Shown here piece by piece: positions 23,623 through 36,614 of a stretch of 64,000 nucleotides of DNA (its first letter is position 1; each line of letters starts with the position of its first letter). The position numbers were made by a program, and so were the translations under genes. The stretch spans positions 2,480,001 through 2,544,000 of the forward strand of contig CATNEN010000007.1 of NCBI GenBank assembly GCA_950097015.1, in the 5' to 3' direction. The notes below the pieces were generated by a model. The model saw only the letters and a list, made by a program, of their open reading frames with translations. It did not search any database and was not told the origin of the DNA. Source of the DNA: Macrostomum hystrix. Lineage: Eukaryota; Animalia; Platyhelminthes.

Positions 23623-25121
23623 TACCGGGTAAATGATTGGATTTCGATGAATATTCTATCCATTTTTATATCGCTTTACACTTTTTAAATTCTTGAACAC
23701 TAAATAAGTGCACTCCAGCTCCCATGGTTGGTACGATAATTTAACGCAGTGAAATTGTATTTCAATAAAATTCCACTCAATTTTCAAAAAGAAGTTGAAT
23801 AGCTTTAAAAGCTTAGGCCTGTATTAAACATTTAATGATACTCGTGTGCAGTTTATATAAACGCATTTTGCTTTTATCCTATATTAATGGGGTAAATGTT
23901 TTTTAACGATCGGATACCGCTGGTAGTAAAATACTTGATCATACAAACCAAATATTATTTTCCGCTTAGCGCTTATCTATAGCAACTTCTTGAGAAATCC
24001 GAAAATTTTCGCACTTTTAGAACGCTTTCTCAAATGCAAATACCGTGAATCCCATCTGCAGTCTGGTAATCGATATTGTTAATGGACTGTAAAAAAGCTA
24101 ATGATTGTTTCCAATTTGTGCAAATAGAGTTTTTTAGAATAGAATGCCCGTGTGTCTCCACGTCTGCTAGCTTATATACGAGTATGTTTCCCCAAGTGCT
24201 GTAATGTCTTGGTGAAACTGTCGCTTAACTTTCCAGTTGTCCAAGTAAAAAAGAAATTCTTCGAAATGTCGCATTCGCAAACTTACTAACTTCATTTCTT
24301 ATTTTTCCACATTTTTATTCTTATTACGATCTTAATTGATTTGACGGTCATTACGTCAAAGCTTAATTAATGCCTATGGACTCGTATTTTTAGTTCTATT
24401 TTGTTGCTAGGCTGATGCTCGTAATATGAGCCAACTGTCCTTAGAATTGTGTAAAGTTGCTTGCATTTTGCTTGGAAACTCATGTATTTTCGCAGCAGGT
24501 GTTGTTGAACGACGCCAGCAGAGTTCTGAGGTACTCGACGACCATCTTGACTTATCTGCAGGGTGCACCCGCCAGAGCGGACTCGAGAACCATCACTTGT
24601 CGGCTTGTTGGCAGCAGTTCTGCGCCCTGCGCCAGAGCGGTGCCTCGTTTGGCGATTTCATCGACAGCCTCGTTGCAAGAAAACTCACGCGTGGCCAGGA
24701 AATTTTTTTAGGTTGCAGTTGAACAAAGACCGATTGCGCATTCGGGGACATGCTACTGAAATGTTAACGGGCTTATCATGCTTGATTATAAAATCCCTTT
24801 ATCGACAAAAGTGTATTAACAAACAAGAAATCTGCTTCCTGCGACTTTAGTCAGATTGTGTATTTTTATATTTCTTAGACATTTTCGGTAAGTGCGTTTC
24901 GCAAATAGTCAGCACTTAGCAGAAGATTGCTTTTAAAATTAAGATGTTCATAAAAGCTTAATACAATCAACATTCTATTCGACATCCACCAGCATAGACT
25001 GGTAAGGTGGTTCGAGTATTAAACACAAGTCCTTAAAGTCAAGCGCTCTAGGATCATTCCAGTCCAGTCTCTCCAGAACCCATGCATTGCGATATTCCTC
25101 GGCCTTCCAATTTCAACGCCG

Positions 25122-25850
25122 TCAATCAAATGGTGACACGCACTCAGCCAGAGCGCCATTGTAAATAGTCCAGTTACGCCTATCATCGTTTAGCTTTGGA
25201 ACGCATGTGCATAGCACGACGTAGTTTTCAACGTTGAAAGAGTTGTCCGGCTGCCCAGCGGTCCACAGTGCGCTGTCGATGCTAGAGTTGCAGCTTGCCC
25301 AGACCCATCCACCAGCGGGCTCCTCGCTGCCTGGCAGCTGCCAACCACCGAGGATTATGCGGTCTGTGGAAAGGCTGCGCATGATTTCGTTGAGGTGACT
25401 CAGCTCATCATCATCGCTTGCGTCGGCCATGATGGTGAGGCCCGGAAGCGCATCGATCACATCCTGGGCCAAGTTCCAGTCATGAATCCCGGAGTAAAAC
25501 TTGTACCGTACGCCACAAAAACTGTGCGCGAATCCTGCAGGACACAGAGCTCCTAGGGGCAGTCCTGGCTGCTGCTTCACAAACACCTGCTTGGTGCGAG
25601 TGCAGTTGCAGTCTGTCACGTACTTGCTGCACCTGTTGAACACGAACAGCTGGCATGGACCGTCGGCCACGCTGAATGCCCGACAGTCGATCATGGGATC
25701 GCAGAGAGTGGCGCACTCGATATTTGACTTGACGCTGCTTCGAGTTTCGATGAACTCGGGTCTAATGCACTGAAGAGCGTGCGTCACTGCGTACTCGTGA
25801 GCCCTGACAAGCCCGGCCAGGTAGAATATAAGCACAATTTGTTGGTTCAT
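25122..25850 (-). CDS. Secreted PAN/apple + C-type lectin, copy A (QPD type), intact
   Basis: Signal peptide; CxxxCx5CxAFSx5CxL PAN motif; LCPAGF..CG; ILGG, WxW, QPDN..EN, LND, terminal EC. Single exon. Confidence 0.88.
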   Translation of the reverse strand: MNQQIVLIFYLAGLVRAHEYAVTHALQCIRPEFIETRSSVKSNIECATLCDPMIDCRAFSVADGPCQLFVFNRCSKYVTDCNCTRTKQVFVKQQPGLPLGALCPAGFAHSFCGVRYKFYSGIHDWNLAQDVIDALPGLTIMADASDDDELSHLNEIMRSLSTDRIILGGWQLPGSEEPAGGWVWASCNSSIDSALWTAGQPDNSFNVENYVVLCTCVPKLNDDRRNWTIYNGALAECVSPFD

Positions 25851-27398
25851 AATTTCAGGGTTTTGGCTTTGTTTATGAAATCTTCAAACCGTAAATTGCC
25901 TTTCTCCGACTGCGCACCATAGATATACCGTCATGGTTTATCATAGCTTGGAATTCTATTGCTCACGCCATTTCATTGGCTGTCTTCGTGATTTGCTAAA
26001 GCGGTCTCTACTAAATCGGAAATTTCTTGACTCATCTGCGATGCTTCATATAAGGAATAGTCGCGACATTAACTGTTAGGCATGTTCTACCTGATCAGTA
26101 ATTTATGAGAAGAAAACTCTAAACACGAAACAAAACCCGAAAGTTTTGATCTCTTGTGAAACTTGCGTTCTTTAATGGTTTATTCGTGCTCAAAGTCTGT
26201 ATCTTTGGTGCTAAAAAAATGTAGTTTCATCGCCAAACAAGCGACTCAAAGCCATTTGCAACTTGCTACAACAAAATTGTCATCTAAGTGATTCACTCAC
26301 TAGTGTCACTTGTAAAGCTCCTAACTAAGCCTAATTGCTACCTACCGCGGATTCAAGCTTCGGACCTCGGTGCGAGTGTTAGTACCGGTACTCCATTCGC
26401 AATTTTTTATAATCGTGTTGACAAAGGCAAACCGTTTTAAATAATTTTGGCTTTCTTTTTTAGATAATTGTTGTTTTTTATCTGCTCTACCACTTACCAC
26501 CTTGAAATAATGCTAAAGTGGTGTGAAGATTCCGCCGCATATTATAAAGCCAGTTTCTGAACGCATTAGTTATACAATTTATTTTTAGAAAATTTCTCAA
26601 GCCGCGAACAATTAAATGGACTCAATATGTGAAAGACTCTTTGTTATGACCAGCTTTGGACGCTGTTGGCTTTGGATGATTGTAGTTTTTTAATCGATTT
26701 AATCCTATTTGTAAAACACGTGGAGCCCTCACTTCGTGTCTAGTGCGTTTTCTACCTTGCAAACATGGTTAACTCTCGACCATATTTCATTATTACCATG
26801 AACGATGATACGATGATATTCGTGGATCAATCCATTAAAAACTAACTAGCGACCACTGCAGGCTTCTAGCACACGCTACTATTCGCAATTATCTGATCGA
26901 AGGTTGTGAATTTGACAGACCGAGTTTTGAATAATGGTTCAGTGTTTGATCAACACTGTTCATTTAAAGAATACCGGAGTCCAAAGCATATATACCTTCG
27001 ATATAATTAAACGTTGCCGTTGCTTTAAAAGCCATAGACTATTCCCCGCGCGGTTATGTACCCCAGTTAACAAGCGAGCCTCCGCACATTCAATTTTCTG
27101 CAATTCCTTCCGCATCTTGCGTTAACAACTCAGCTACATAATCCTCATCCTTTTTGTGTCTAGAAATAGGAATCTTAAATTTATACTTTTAAGGTCCCGG
27201 TGTTTCTAAGCTAAATTGATGTTCAGCTCTATGTCGACATACCAAATCCTAATTAAATATCTAGCTTAAATACCCAAAACTTTTGGTGCCTACCTTTTTG
27301 TAGTCGAATGCGCGCCGTGTGGATTTCATTGGTCGATAAAAACCACAAAAATCTAACAAAATCACAGTTGCAAAATATAAAAACCAAAAGCAAAGCCA

Positions 27399-27560
27399 TT
27401 GTTAGGCTACAGGTTGCCTCTTTGCAAATACTACAACGAAGATGCTGAGCACCTTGTCTGTCAGTACTGTTTCTTTAAAAGAGACCGGCAATCGACGAGG
27501 TTTGCCAGCCCGACGGCATCACGGCTCATCCAGTTCCTTCAGACAAAAAAGAGCCACGTT
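27399..27560 (+). mobile_element. Possible decayed non-LTR C-terminal CCHC fragment
   Basis: LCKYYNEDAEHLVCQYC...LIQFLQ resembles the CxxC..E..EHL..C..R...FL end of LINE ORF2. Confidence 0.3.
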
Positions 27561-28762
27561 CTTGTGACGAGGTCATTTATTTTATAGTCGTATTTTGTCG
27601 TTATTTATCTATGAATTTTTAGTTTCTATGGGAGTTGCATTTTTGTATTCCTAGTGAAGTATATTAATGTGTATTGTCTCCTATTTATCTATATTAAATG
27701 TATAACAGTACATATATTATTCGTTATTTATGCAGCATTGAAAGTCCGTTTGTCGTATACTATATTCAATGTATCTGCGCGCCGTATTTAAAAGCTGATG
27801 TGTTTTCATGCGCCACGTGCTATCCCGTTACCAGTGGTTTTGGACGCAGCGTAGTAATAGTGCTAAAGTGGAGCTGCTGAATCGCCAGCATCATCAGAGA
27901 CTGTCAATACTATTTTGCTAGGCAGTCAAAAAAAATACAATAGTCCATATTAGAGTTGGAGCCGTTATCTTAATAATATAACGAGAGTCCATCGCCGCTA
28001 CACTATTAAGTCCAGCCTTGGTCTTCCTTACTTCTGCAATCGAGTCCTCGAGTGTTACATTCTTCCCAGCGGAAGACAACGCTGCAGGACGGACCGGCGG
28101 ACCACCCTGACCGGCCCTGTGCCATCGCCTGTACGCGGACCCACAGGGGCTGGCGTTATGGGCGACCCTCGCCTCCCCGCTGTGTCCATGGACCACCCTG
28201 CAGCTAAGTCAAGAGCACACAGAAACTGCAGACATTGATACCAGACTCATCGGACAAGCTAAAAGAGTTGCTGTCGTGTGGTATGGCGATGCGTTGATAT
28301 TTTAGGCGAGGAGAGTTTACTATTGGGGTGGTCGCACATTTTAGGCGACGCCTAATAGTTTTGGCAGCGGATTCTCACCGAAATATTCATCATCGAGCGA
28401 TAAAAATCTCAGACTTTCATCTTAAATAGCTTTACTAAACTTATTTCTTCACGGTGTAAAGAAAAAATAGCAGAAAACAAACAAAAATACCTAATGCCTC
28501 CTAGATTAGCTATTGCTACTTGGCCAAACTTTTGTTTGTTTTAATTATATTTATTTACTACTTATTTAATATACAAAACAATCAATTATTTTGCGTTAGG
28601 GCTCATAATTTTAGCCGTGCAATCAAACTAAAAATTATTGAATATGTTAACAACAAAAAAGGCTTTGAACAATTCATAGCGCACAAAAACACACTTCTTT
28701 GCGTACTTTGCTCGTGTCATGCTCGTATTCTCATATGTTCAATGCCGAGCGATTTCAGACAG

Positions 28763-29491
28763 TCAAATAAACGGAGACACACACTCAGCCAGGGCGCCTG
28801 TGTACCTACTCGCTGAGCAGTCATCGTCGTTCAGCTTCGGAATCGTGGAGGGCAGAATCACACAGTCATCGCCAATAACCCAATTATCCGGCTGACCAGC
28901 ATTCCAGAGGCTGCTGTCAATGTTGGAGTAGCAGCTGGCCCAGGACCATCCACCGGCTGGCTCCGCACTGCCTGGGGCTTGCCTGCCTCCGAGAATGATG
29001 TAGGTTTCAGGAACTGTCGTGAACATCGGCTTCACGTGGGAGAGCTCCGCATCATCAGCGATGTCAGCCATGATTGTGAGGCCTGGGAGTGCGTCTATTA
29101 CAGTTTTGGCCAAGTTCCAGTCCTGAATTCCGGCGAAGAGCTTGTACTTGGTGCCGCAGAAGTCGTGAGCGAATCCGGCGGGACACAGAGCTCCGGGCGG
29201 AAGTCCTGATTGCTGCTTCACAAACACCTGCTTGATGCGAGTGCAGCTGCAGTCTCTCACGTACTTGCTGCACCTGTTGAACACAAACAGCTGGCACGGA
29301 CCGTCGGCCATGCTGAATGCCTGGCAGTCAGTTGTTCCATCGCAGATACTAGCGCACTCTATCTTTGACTGAATGCTTCTTGTAGTCTTTACGAACTCGG
29401 GTGCGATGCACTGCAGTCCATTCACATCGTAATACAAACTTGCGTAAGACACAGCAGCCAGTGATGCTAAGATTTCGAAATGAAACAGCAT
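28763..29491 (-). CDS. Secreted PAN/apple + C-type lectin, copy B (QPD, DDC), intact
   Basis: Same architecture as A; 242 aa ORF with ATG and signal peptide. Confidence 0.9.
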   Translation of the reverse strand: MLFHFEILASLAAVSYASLYYDVNGLQCIAPEFVKTTRSIQSKIECASICDGTTDCQAFSMADGPCQLFVFNRCSKYVRDCSCTRIKQVFVKQQSGLPPGALCPAGFAHDFCGTKYKLFAGIQDWNLAKTVIDALPGLTIMADIADDAELSHVKPMFTTVPETYIILGGRQAPGSAEPAGGWSWASCYSNIDSSLWNAGQPDNWVIGDDCVILPSTIPKLNDDDCSASRYTGALAECVSPFI

Positions 29492-31119
29492 TTAAGTGAA
29501 ATTTTTTGACTAGTTTTCTTGGCCGCAACTTACAGGCAGATTAGGAAGTGTCCCTAAACTAAAAAAATGCGCTCCTAGCATTTAAGCGCATTCCCAATTG
29601 ACTTCCACACGAAACGTTTGTCTCCTTTTAGTCGGAAAACTTCTTAACACGCATGTTTTCCAGTTTTTTTAGTTTTCTCCAAAAAGGACGTGAGTTTTTC
29701 TTTTGTCTGAAATTTTACCTAAAACTTGCTGGCACTTGACAAGTTCAGTGATCCGGAACAGTGTTAAACCTTCTGTTAAAATTTTCAGTCAGTTGTATTG
29801 TCAGATACTTAAACAGAATTTTTTAATGCAGACCCTTCTGCTGTTCTATGTATTTTTCTCTTTTGCATTTCGTTTCTCCGTATCGGCGGCTTTAAGTGGC
29901 GATCGAACCGTGCGGGACAGACTGAGACCGATTTCGGGCTTGTTTGCCTTCGTCAGTCAGTCAGCCACAGGAGGTCGGCTCCACCTCAGGTCAGCTGCTT
30001 GGAACTGTCTGCTATTTATGGTGTAATACGATTTTTGTCTGCTATTTTGAGGAATTCGGGCTATGTTTGATGAGTTCTACTTTTAGTAAGCTATCGCATT
30101 CACTTCGCTATGGTGAAAGTCCCTTTAGAATTAAGTCAAATAAGGATAAAAAAACGCCGGAACTCTATTTCGGTCCATAAAGTTGTTTCAAGGACTAATG
30201 CTCGAAATTATGCTTGGATTAGGAACATATTAGACTTTTGTAAATTTCTGTAGATTTCTTCATTATGTTCATTTATGCTGTGGCGCATTGTATCCAGCTT
30301 CAACTCCGCAGCACTCAACCTGTCCTGCAGCTGCTGTACAATGTCGCACTGTCTTTCAAAACGCTCTTATTCTCAGTTTGTGTTTCGACCAAGTCCTCCG
30401 CGTACCCAGTCAGCTCCTGCAGGTCTCCCCTATTCTGCGGCACCGCCTGTAGCAGCCTCGGCCGCGAGACTCTGAGTCGATATGCCTGATACTTCAGGTA
30501 GTCGAGATAGTCCTTTGGGATGTCCTCGAAATTGCCATCCACTGACCACCAGGGCTAAAAAAAGATTATTGAAACATTTGATAAAATCTGGCTTCGAGAT
30601 GGTGCTGTGTTTGTGTTAGTTGTAGAACGAATCCATGCATAGTGTATTTTATTCAAACAATATGCACTCGTTCAAAACAAATCCTTCGATGACGGGATTA
30701 TTTTTCAGCACGTGGATCTTTGTTCCACGTACTTGCGGAGCCACTTTATTACATAATAGATGAAGGAAATTGGCGGGGACAGGAAGCTGATGTGCCTGTG
30801 CTCTTGCAACATATCGTAAAACTTTCTTCTCCAAATCACATTAGCCTTTCTGACATTTTGCTGTTAACGAATTCATCATCATGATGTTCACGAGAATCAG
30901 GAACAAAAAATCATTATGTTGTACTCGGCCCACCAGACAGTCTTCCTGCACAATGAGAACTCGTTTTAAGCGTCTTCGCCTGAGAATATAATCAATCTCT
31001 GATAATAAAAAGCGCGTAACTGCTAATTATAGTCAATACTGATAAATCAATGTCCGGATATTTACTCGACAAATTTGGAAGATAAGGACAAAAGTACAAA
31101 TGGTGTAGTAAGCTATTAG

Positions 31120-31378
31120 ATAATAATGCTAATAATGCAGGCGGGCTGCATTTTCATTTGGTGACGCTACAGCCAGTGCGGACACAACTCTGCCCATTTC
31201 GCTGACTCTTAAGCACACACGCACACAGATACCGTACACGGGCACAAACTTACTCTGGTGTGTACATCTGCCCTGACTTTCTCATAGTCAGGCAGTGTAC
31301 TGTGCCTTGAAGGTTGGTCCTCAAGGGACCGTGGTGCGAGAGGCAAACGCGTTAACCGCTCTGCGACCGACCCCCAAC
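31120..31378 (-). mobile_element. Internally deleted copy of the tRNA-derived SINE at 54248
   Basis: Reverse complement matches 54260-54300 and 54385-54570 (GTTAACGCGTTTGCCTCTCGCACCACGGTCCCT; CTGACTATGAGAAAGTCAGGGCAGATGTACAC). TAA-type tail remnant near 31120. Confidence 0.75.
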
Positions 31379-31698
31379 CGTGTAGTAAGCTAAAGATACC
31401 GAGGAAAAATTCAAAGAAGACTGCGTAGATAATGGGATTTTTCTTATGCAGAAATACTTATAAGGCTCAGAACATCGGCGCGCTCTACATGTTCCCAATT
31501 ATCACACACCATATTATACAATAAATTAGTTGCAATTTTTTTCTATTTTCGCCATTAGCACTAATGCTCGCCTTACCAATCGTGCCCCAGATGATTAATA
31601 TCGCAATGCGGATCGCAATGAGCTCTCGTGTCATGCACTGCAAAGCATCAATTGGTTTGCTTTGGTCTAAGCGTCAGCGGCTTTTGCCAATCTACGAG

Positions 31699-31845
31699 CG
31701 TTGTACAACAGGAACAAGCTACGTTGTACAACAGGAACAAGCTACGTTGTACAACAGGAACAAGCTACGTTGTACAACAGGAACAAGCTACGTTGTACAA
31801 CAGGAACAAGCTACGTTGTACAACAGGAACAAGCTACGTTGTACA
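31699..31845. repeat. 23-bp minisatellite (ACAGGAACAAGCTACGTTGTACA), about 6 copies
   Basis: 23-bp period read directly. Confidence 0.95.
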
Positions 31846-32774
31846 AGCTACGATTTCTCGTAGCTTCAATGGGTGTAACTCGTATGCTTAAACAGTAAAT
31901 GCCACGTTCCTTTTGCTAAAAAATGCTCTTGTCTTCAATCTACGAGCTAGAAAGGACTTATGACTTTAATTCCATTTATTCTGTGTCTGAAGCAGCTCAG
32001 AGTCGGTCGATGTGAACATTTGACTCTGTAAAGTTTTCCTAATTTCAAACTGGATCAGAAACTTCATGTGATACAAGACGTGACTTGAACTCAATCATAG
32101 CTACTTCGTGTGTAAATTTATCTTTCCTATTGCAAATATGCAATGCATGCTTATTCTGGCTTCACTGTGTGTCTGTGTGACTATGCGCTTCAGAGTCAAT
32201 AGCACAGACTTGACTTTTACCAGCAACTAAGGGCTTTATACTACACTAAGCCAGCTTTATTGTCTAATCATAAGTCTGATCACCTCAGCAAAGTAAGCCA
32301 GGGACATTGACCATTACTCAAAGGCAAAGCGCGTTAGACCGTTCTGACACTCTCCCCCGTGCGAGCGCATGAGATACAGAGTCGCTCGATGTTAAACTTT
32401 TGACTCCCGAAATTTCTTCTAATTTCAAACTTGATCAGATGCTTCATGTGATAAAAGACATGACTTATCAGAGGTAGCCTTCTGAATAGTATCCCTAAAA
32501 AACTCATTATTAAAAAAGTTGGACGAATTGGGTATAACAAATTTCAACGCTAAGTATTGTGGCCCAGTGACGAGATCACACAGTCTTCATTCAATAAGCG
32601 AAAGCTGAAATGTTTTGACTTATTTCGTAGTTATGTGCATCATACTTCGTAGTTTCGTCGTAACATCGCTCGTATATTTAGTTTATTTGACAGCAGAAAA
32701 TTGCATCATGACAAGCAGCAAGAGTTCCTTTTGCGCTCATCGTTGCTTTTCGATTTCTGGACTCAATCCTGCGA

Positions 32775-33506
32775 TCAATTAAAGGGGGACACACACTCAG
32801 CCAAGGCGCCTGTGTACCTACTCGCAGAGCAGTCATCGTCGTTCAGCTTCGGAATCGCGGAGGGCAGAATCACACAGTCATCGCCAATAACCCAATTATC
32901 CGGCTGACCAGCATTCCAGAGGCTGCTGTCAATGTTGGAGTAGCAGCTGGCCCAGGACCATCCACCGGCTGGCTCCGCACTGCCTGGGGCTTGCCTGCCT
33001 CCGAGAATGATGTAGGTTTCAGGAACTGTCGTGAACATCGGCTTCACGTGGGAGAGCTCAGCATCATCAGCGATGTCAGCCATGATTGTGAGGCCTGGGA
33101 GTGCGTCTATTGCAGTTTTTGCCAAGTTCCAGTCCTGAATTCCGGCGAAGAGCTTGTACTTGGTGCCGCAGAAGTCGTTTACGAATCCGGCAGGACACAG
33201 AGCTCCGGGCGGAAGTCCTGACTGCTGCTTCACAAACAACTGCTTGATGCGAGTGCAGCTGCAGTCTCTCACGTGCTTGCTGCACCTGTTGAACACAAAC
33301 AGCTGGCACGGACCGTCGGCCATGCTGAATGCCTGGCAGTCGGTTGTTCCATCGCAAAGACTGGCGCACTTAAACTTTGATTTCACATCATTGCGAGTCC
33401 TCACGAACTTTGGTGTCATGCACTGCAGTCCGCTCACTTGGTAGTATTCACACCCACAAGCGAGAGCAGCCAGGGACGCCAAGATCACGCAGTGAAGGAG
33501 GAGCAT
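32775..33506 (-). CDS. Secreted PAN/apple + C-type lectin, copy C (QPD, DDC), intact
   Basis: 243 aa ORF with signal peptide MLLLHCVILASLAALACG; CTLD nearly identical to B and E. Confidence 0.9.
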   Translation of the reverse strand: MLLLHCVILASLAALACGCEYYQVSGLQCMTPKFVRTRNDVKSKFKCASLCDGTTDCQAFSMADGPCQLFVFNRCSKHVRDCSCTRIKQLFVKQQSGLPPGALCPAGFVNDFCGTKYKLFAGIQDWNLAKTAIDALPGLTIMADIADDAELSHVKPMFTTVPETYIILGGRQAPGSAEPAGGWSWASCYSNIDSSLWNAGQPDNWVIGDDCVILPSAIPKLNDDDCSASRYTGALAECVSPFN

Positions 33507-33950
33507 TCTCCTTGAATCAATGCAGGGAGTAGCTAAACTAAACTAAACTAAACTGAGTCACAGGCCTTACATACTGGGTGATTAGACATCATGCTTTGGA
33601 CAGCTTTTATTCTAGGCTGATCCTTTCAAGCAACAGGCTATTGGATTGCTTCAGCTCACAGAGTTTTTTTTCTGTTGTCTTGGTAACGCCAGTGGAAATC
33701 GGGGAAAGGGCCTACTAAGGAAGCTAACTACTATTGGTTTTTTACTCAGCTTAGGATTTAAACGTGCATTTTTACTCTCATGCTTTCAGTTTTTTAATTT
33801 ATTTTGGCGATTTTATTGAAAGGTACCAGGAATCAATATTATTTCAAAGTCCGCTCGTTATGATTCAAAGTTGATGGCTGAACGCTGTACAACTGTTCAG
33901 TCCGTGGACTGGGTGGGCTACACCCACCCCCAGTTGTCCCAGCTAATGCT

Positions 33951-34014
33951 GGTACTCATTTATCAGCTGGGTAAACTGAAACAATGCAGAGTCAAGTGTC
34001 TCGCTCCAGGACAC
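33951..34014 (+). mobile_element. CORE-SINE-like conserved core fragment
   Basis: GGTACTCATTTATCAGCTGGGTAAACTG...AAGTGTCTCGCTCCAGGACAC resembles the MIR/CORE core (ATTTTACAGATGAGGAAACTG...AAGTGACTTGCCCAAGGTCAC); judged by eye. Confidence 0.45.
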
Positions 34015-35875
34015 ACCAGTAGCCTCTTTAGCATAGAACATTATATATAACTACTAAAGTGGATGTCGAGGCAATTGTAGACCAAGGTACAAAGCTAGCT
34101 CGTTAGAATTTTCTATTGTACCTGCAGAGTGAAGCGGTACAAGTAATACTAGTAGAACAGTAGAAGACCATTTCACAGACTATTTCAAATAACCACTGCC
34201 TACTACACAATAGCTCCCAAACCGAATGATCGATTTGCGACTAATTCTTCCGTATTTTGATAAACATTTCCGCCCCTTTACGGTGAACAAAGTTTCAAAG
34301 CCGCTTAATTCAGCATCGTTGAGATCTATTCATCGATTTTTTTCGAAGACCTATGTGACAAGAACACATTGTTCAGTACATACCTCTATCGCTGAGGTAT
34401 AGTATAGTTAACGATAATAGACGTGGTTACATGATAAACTTTTGTGAGTAGAAAAATTATGCCTAGATTGGCAGTTTTTGCCTCCAGACACCTGACGAGA
34501 ATCGTTGAATATTGGACGCTGCCTATGTTTTGTGATTCTTCAAGTAATTTTATCGGATAGAGCGGAAAATTTTAGCCCGTGTTCTGGATTTTCATGGCAA
34601 TCGGTTGAATAATTAAGGAGATACAGAAAAAAGAAATGTGGGTATTTGAAATGCCCCCGTAGTCATTCAATTGTTAACTAATTTCGGCATGTCACACGCC
34701 GTGCTTCTCCCAGCCTTGACATCGGGTCATTCGCTCTGTCCTGGAGCTGCTCTGCGTAAAAACCTTCGTTGGAATCAACTAGGGCAGCACGGCGTGTTTT
34801 CCGTCGCTGGTGGGTTGTCTGGTCACCAGGTCCTGACATTTCGAATGTCAGACGACACAACGCTGGCGCAGTTCAAGTCCGAGGAAATCCAGTACGAGGG
34901 CGACTCGCACAGCGATTCGGTCAGCCGCTGTTTGTCAAAGGACGACGCGGCTCTCGGTCGGGCTCGGAAGCTTCTTCTACCACTTCCTGTGCCCCATTTC
35001 GGCTTTTTATCTTATTGTGTTTTGCGCTTTGATTTATTCCCCTTTTTTGCTCTGCGGAAGCGGCCTTTGATTCTGGTTTGTTTGCTTGCATTTGCTCTAC
35101 CTTTGCCACCGTTCCGTACCACCTGCCACTCCGCTTTAGCCGGTGCGGCCTTGTGAGCCCCGCAGCTTTGTTCTGGGCAGAGGCAGTTGGACTAACTACT
35201 ACATTTACTTAATTAACCAAGGTTGATTGCATTAGTGAACAGATACGAGCTAAAAATATACTTAGCGTTCGACCAAGTAACGTGAATTGCTACTAACTCC
35301 TCGCCAAAGAAAGCTTCCGTTAGTTCTTTTTAAGAAGAACCATCACAGATGGCTTCGTTATTTTTTAAAGGTTTTTTAGAGACATAACTAGAAAACTAAA
35401 AAAAGTCCAACATCAACGATCGTGTCACTGGCTCCTTGAACAATGAACCAGTCTAGTTCAAAGACCGAAAAATTCACGGAAATCCTGGAGATAGCACTAG
35501 GTAAACAAAAGGCTTTTGTCCGCTTCCAATTGTCTTTCGTTTGTGAGTGCGGGGTAAAAAATGGATTGACCTGTACTCACATGAGCTGTGCTCCATTGCT
35601 TCCAGGATTCCGAAACACTATTTTCTCACTTGTAGAAAAAAAAGACTACCAAATGCAACCAAATAAAAACTGCGAGTAGAAACAAAACAATTTTCTTCTA
35701 TTAATCTGAAGTGAGTGCAGCGATTCTGACGCATGCATCTTCATGTCAGATAAGTGCACCTTTTTAGCGAGTCCTAAGGTTTTTCTTACCACAATTCATT
35801 GTTCGAGTCGTGTTGCTTAGGATGTCCATGAATCACAAGGAAAAATTGTACTATGAGTTGAAGCTGCTCACGCAT

Positions 35876-36614
35876 TTAGCTCTGTCTTAAATTGAAAGGG
35901 GCAAGACATTCACCCAAGAAGCCATAGTAGCCAGTGTAAGTCACGGTGCCATCGTTAATACCGGGGAAACCCATTCCGTCGAGGGCGAAGTTCTCGGTTC
36001 CAGCGAAGTTGTTCGGCTCTCCGCTCCTCCACAGACTGCCGTCGATGCTGGAGTTGCAGCTGACCCAGTACCAGCCACCGGCTGGCTCAGCGCTGCCCGG
36101 CAGCTGCGTGCCTCCGAGCATCACGACGGACACGCTGTCCCTGACAAGAACAGCTTTCACATGGGCCAGCTCTGATGAGTTAGTGAGATCGGCCATGATT
36201 GTAAGTCCGGGCAACGCATTGGCTGTAGCCTTGGCCGAGTTACAGTCCTGAAATCCGGCGAAGAGCTTGTACTTGGTGCCGCAGAAGTCGTGAGCAAATC
36301 CGGCAGGACACAGAGCTCCGGGTGGCAGTCCCGACTGCTGCTTCACAAACACCTGCTTGATGCGAGTGCAGCTGCAGTCTCTCACGTACTTGCTGCACCT
36401 GTTGAAAACGAACAGCTGGCAGGGACCGTCGGCCACGCTGAATGCCTGGCAGTCAGTTGTTCCATCGCACAGACTGGCGCACTTCAACTTTGATTTCACG
36501 ACATTTCTAGTCCTCACGAACTCGGGTCTCATGCACTGCAGTCCGCTCGCTTCGAAAAAGATACTCGAGTCAGCCAGAGCTACCAGCGAAATCAACAGGA
36601 AAACCTCGCTTCAT
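35876..36614 (-). CDS. PAN/apple + C-type lectin, copy D (EPN type); the nearest ATG is 1 nt out of frame
   Basis: Open frame 36595-35876 with GEPNN..TEN and IND. ATG at 36614 would give MKRVFLLISLVALA only after removing one base. Conserved Trp of DWN is replaced by Cys. Confidence 0.75.

Noticed and set aside
28070-28200. Minus-strand GRP...WVRVQAMAQGRSGW resembling an RTE C-terminus
   Set aside because: Too short and interrupted by a stop to support as a feature.
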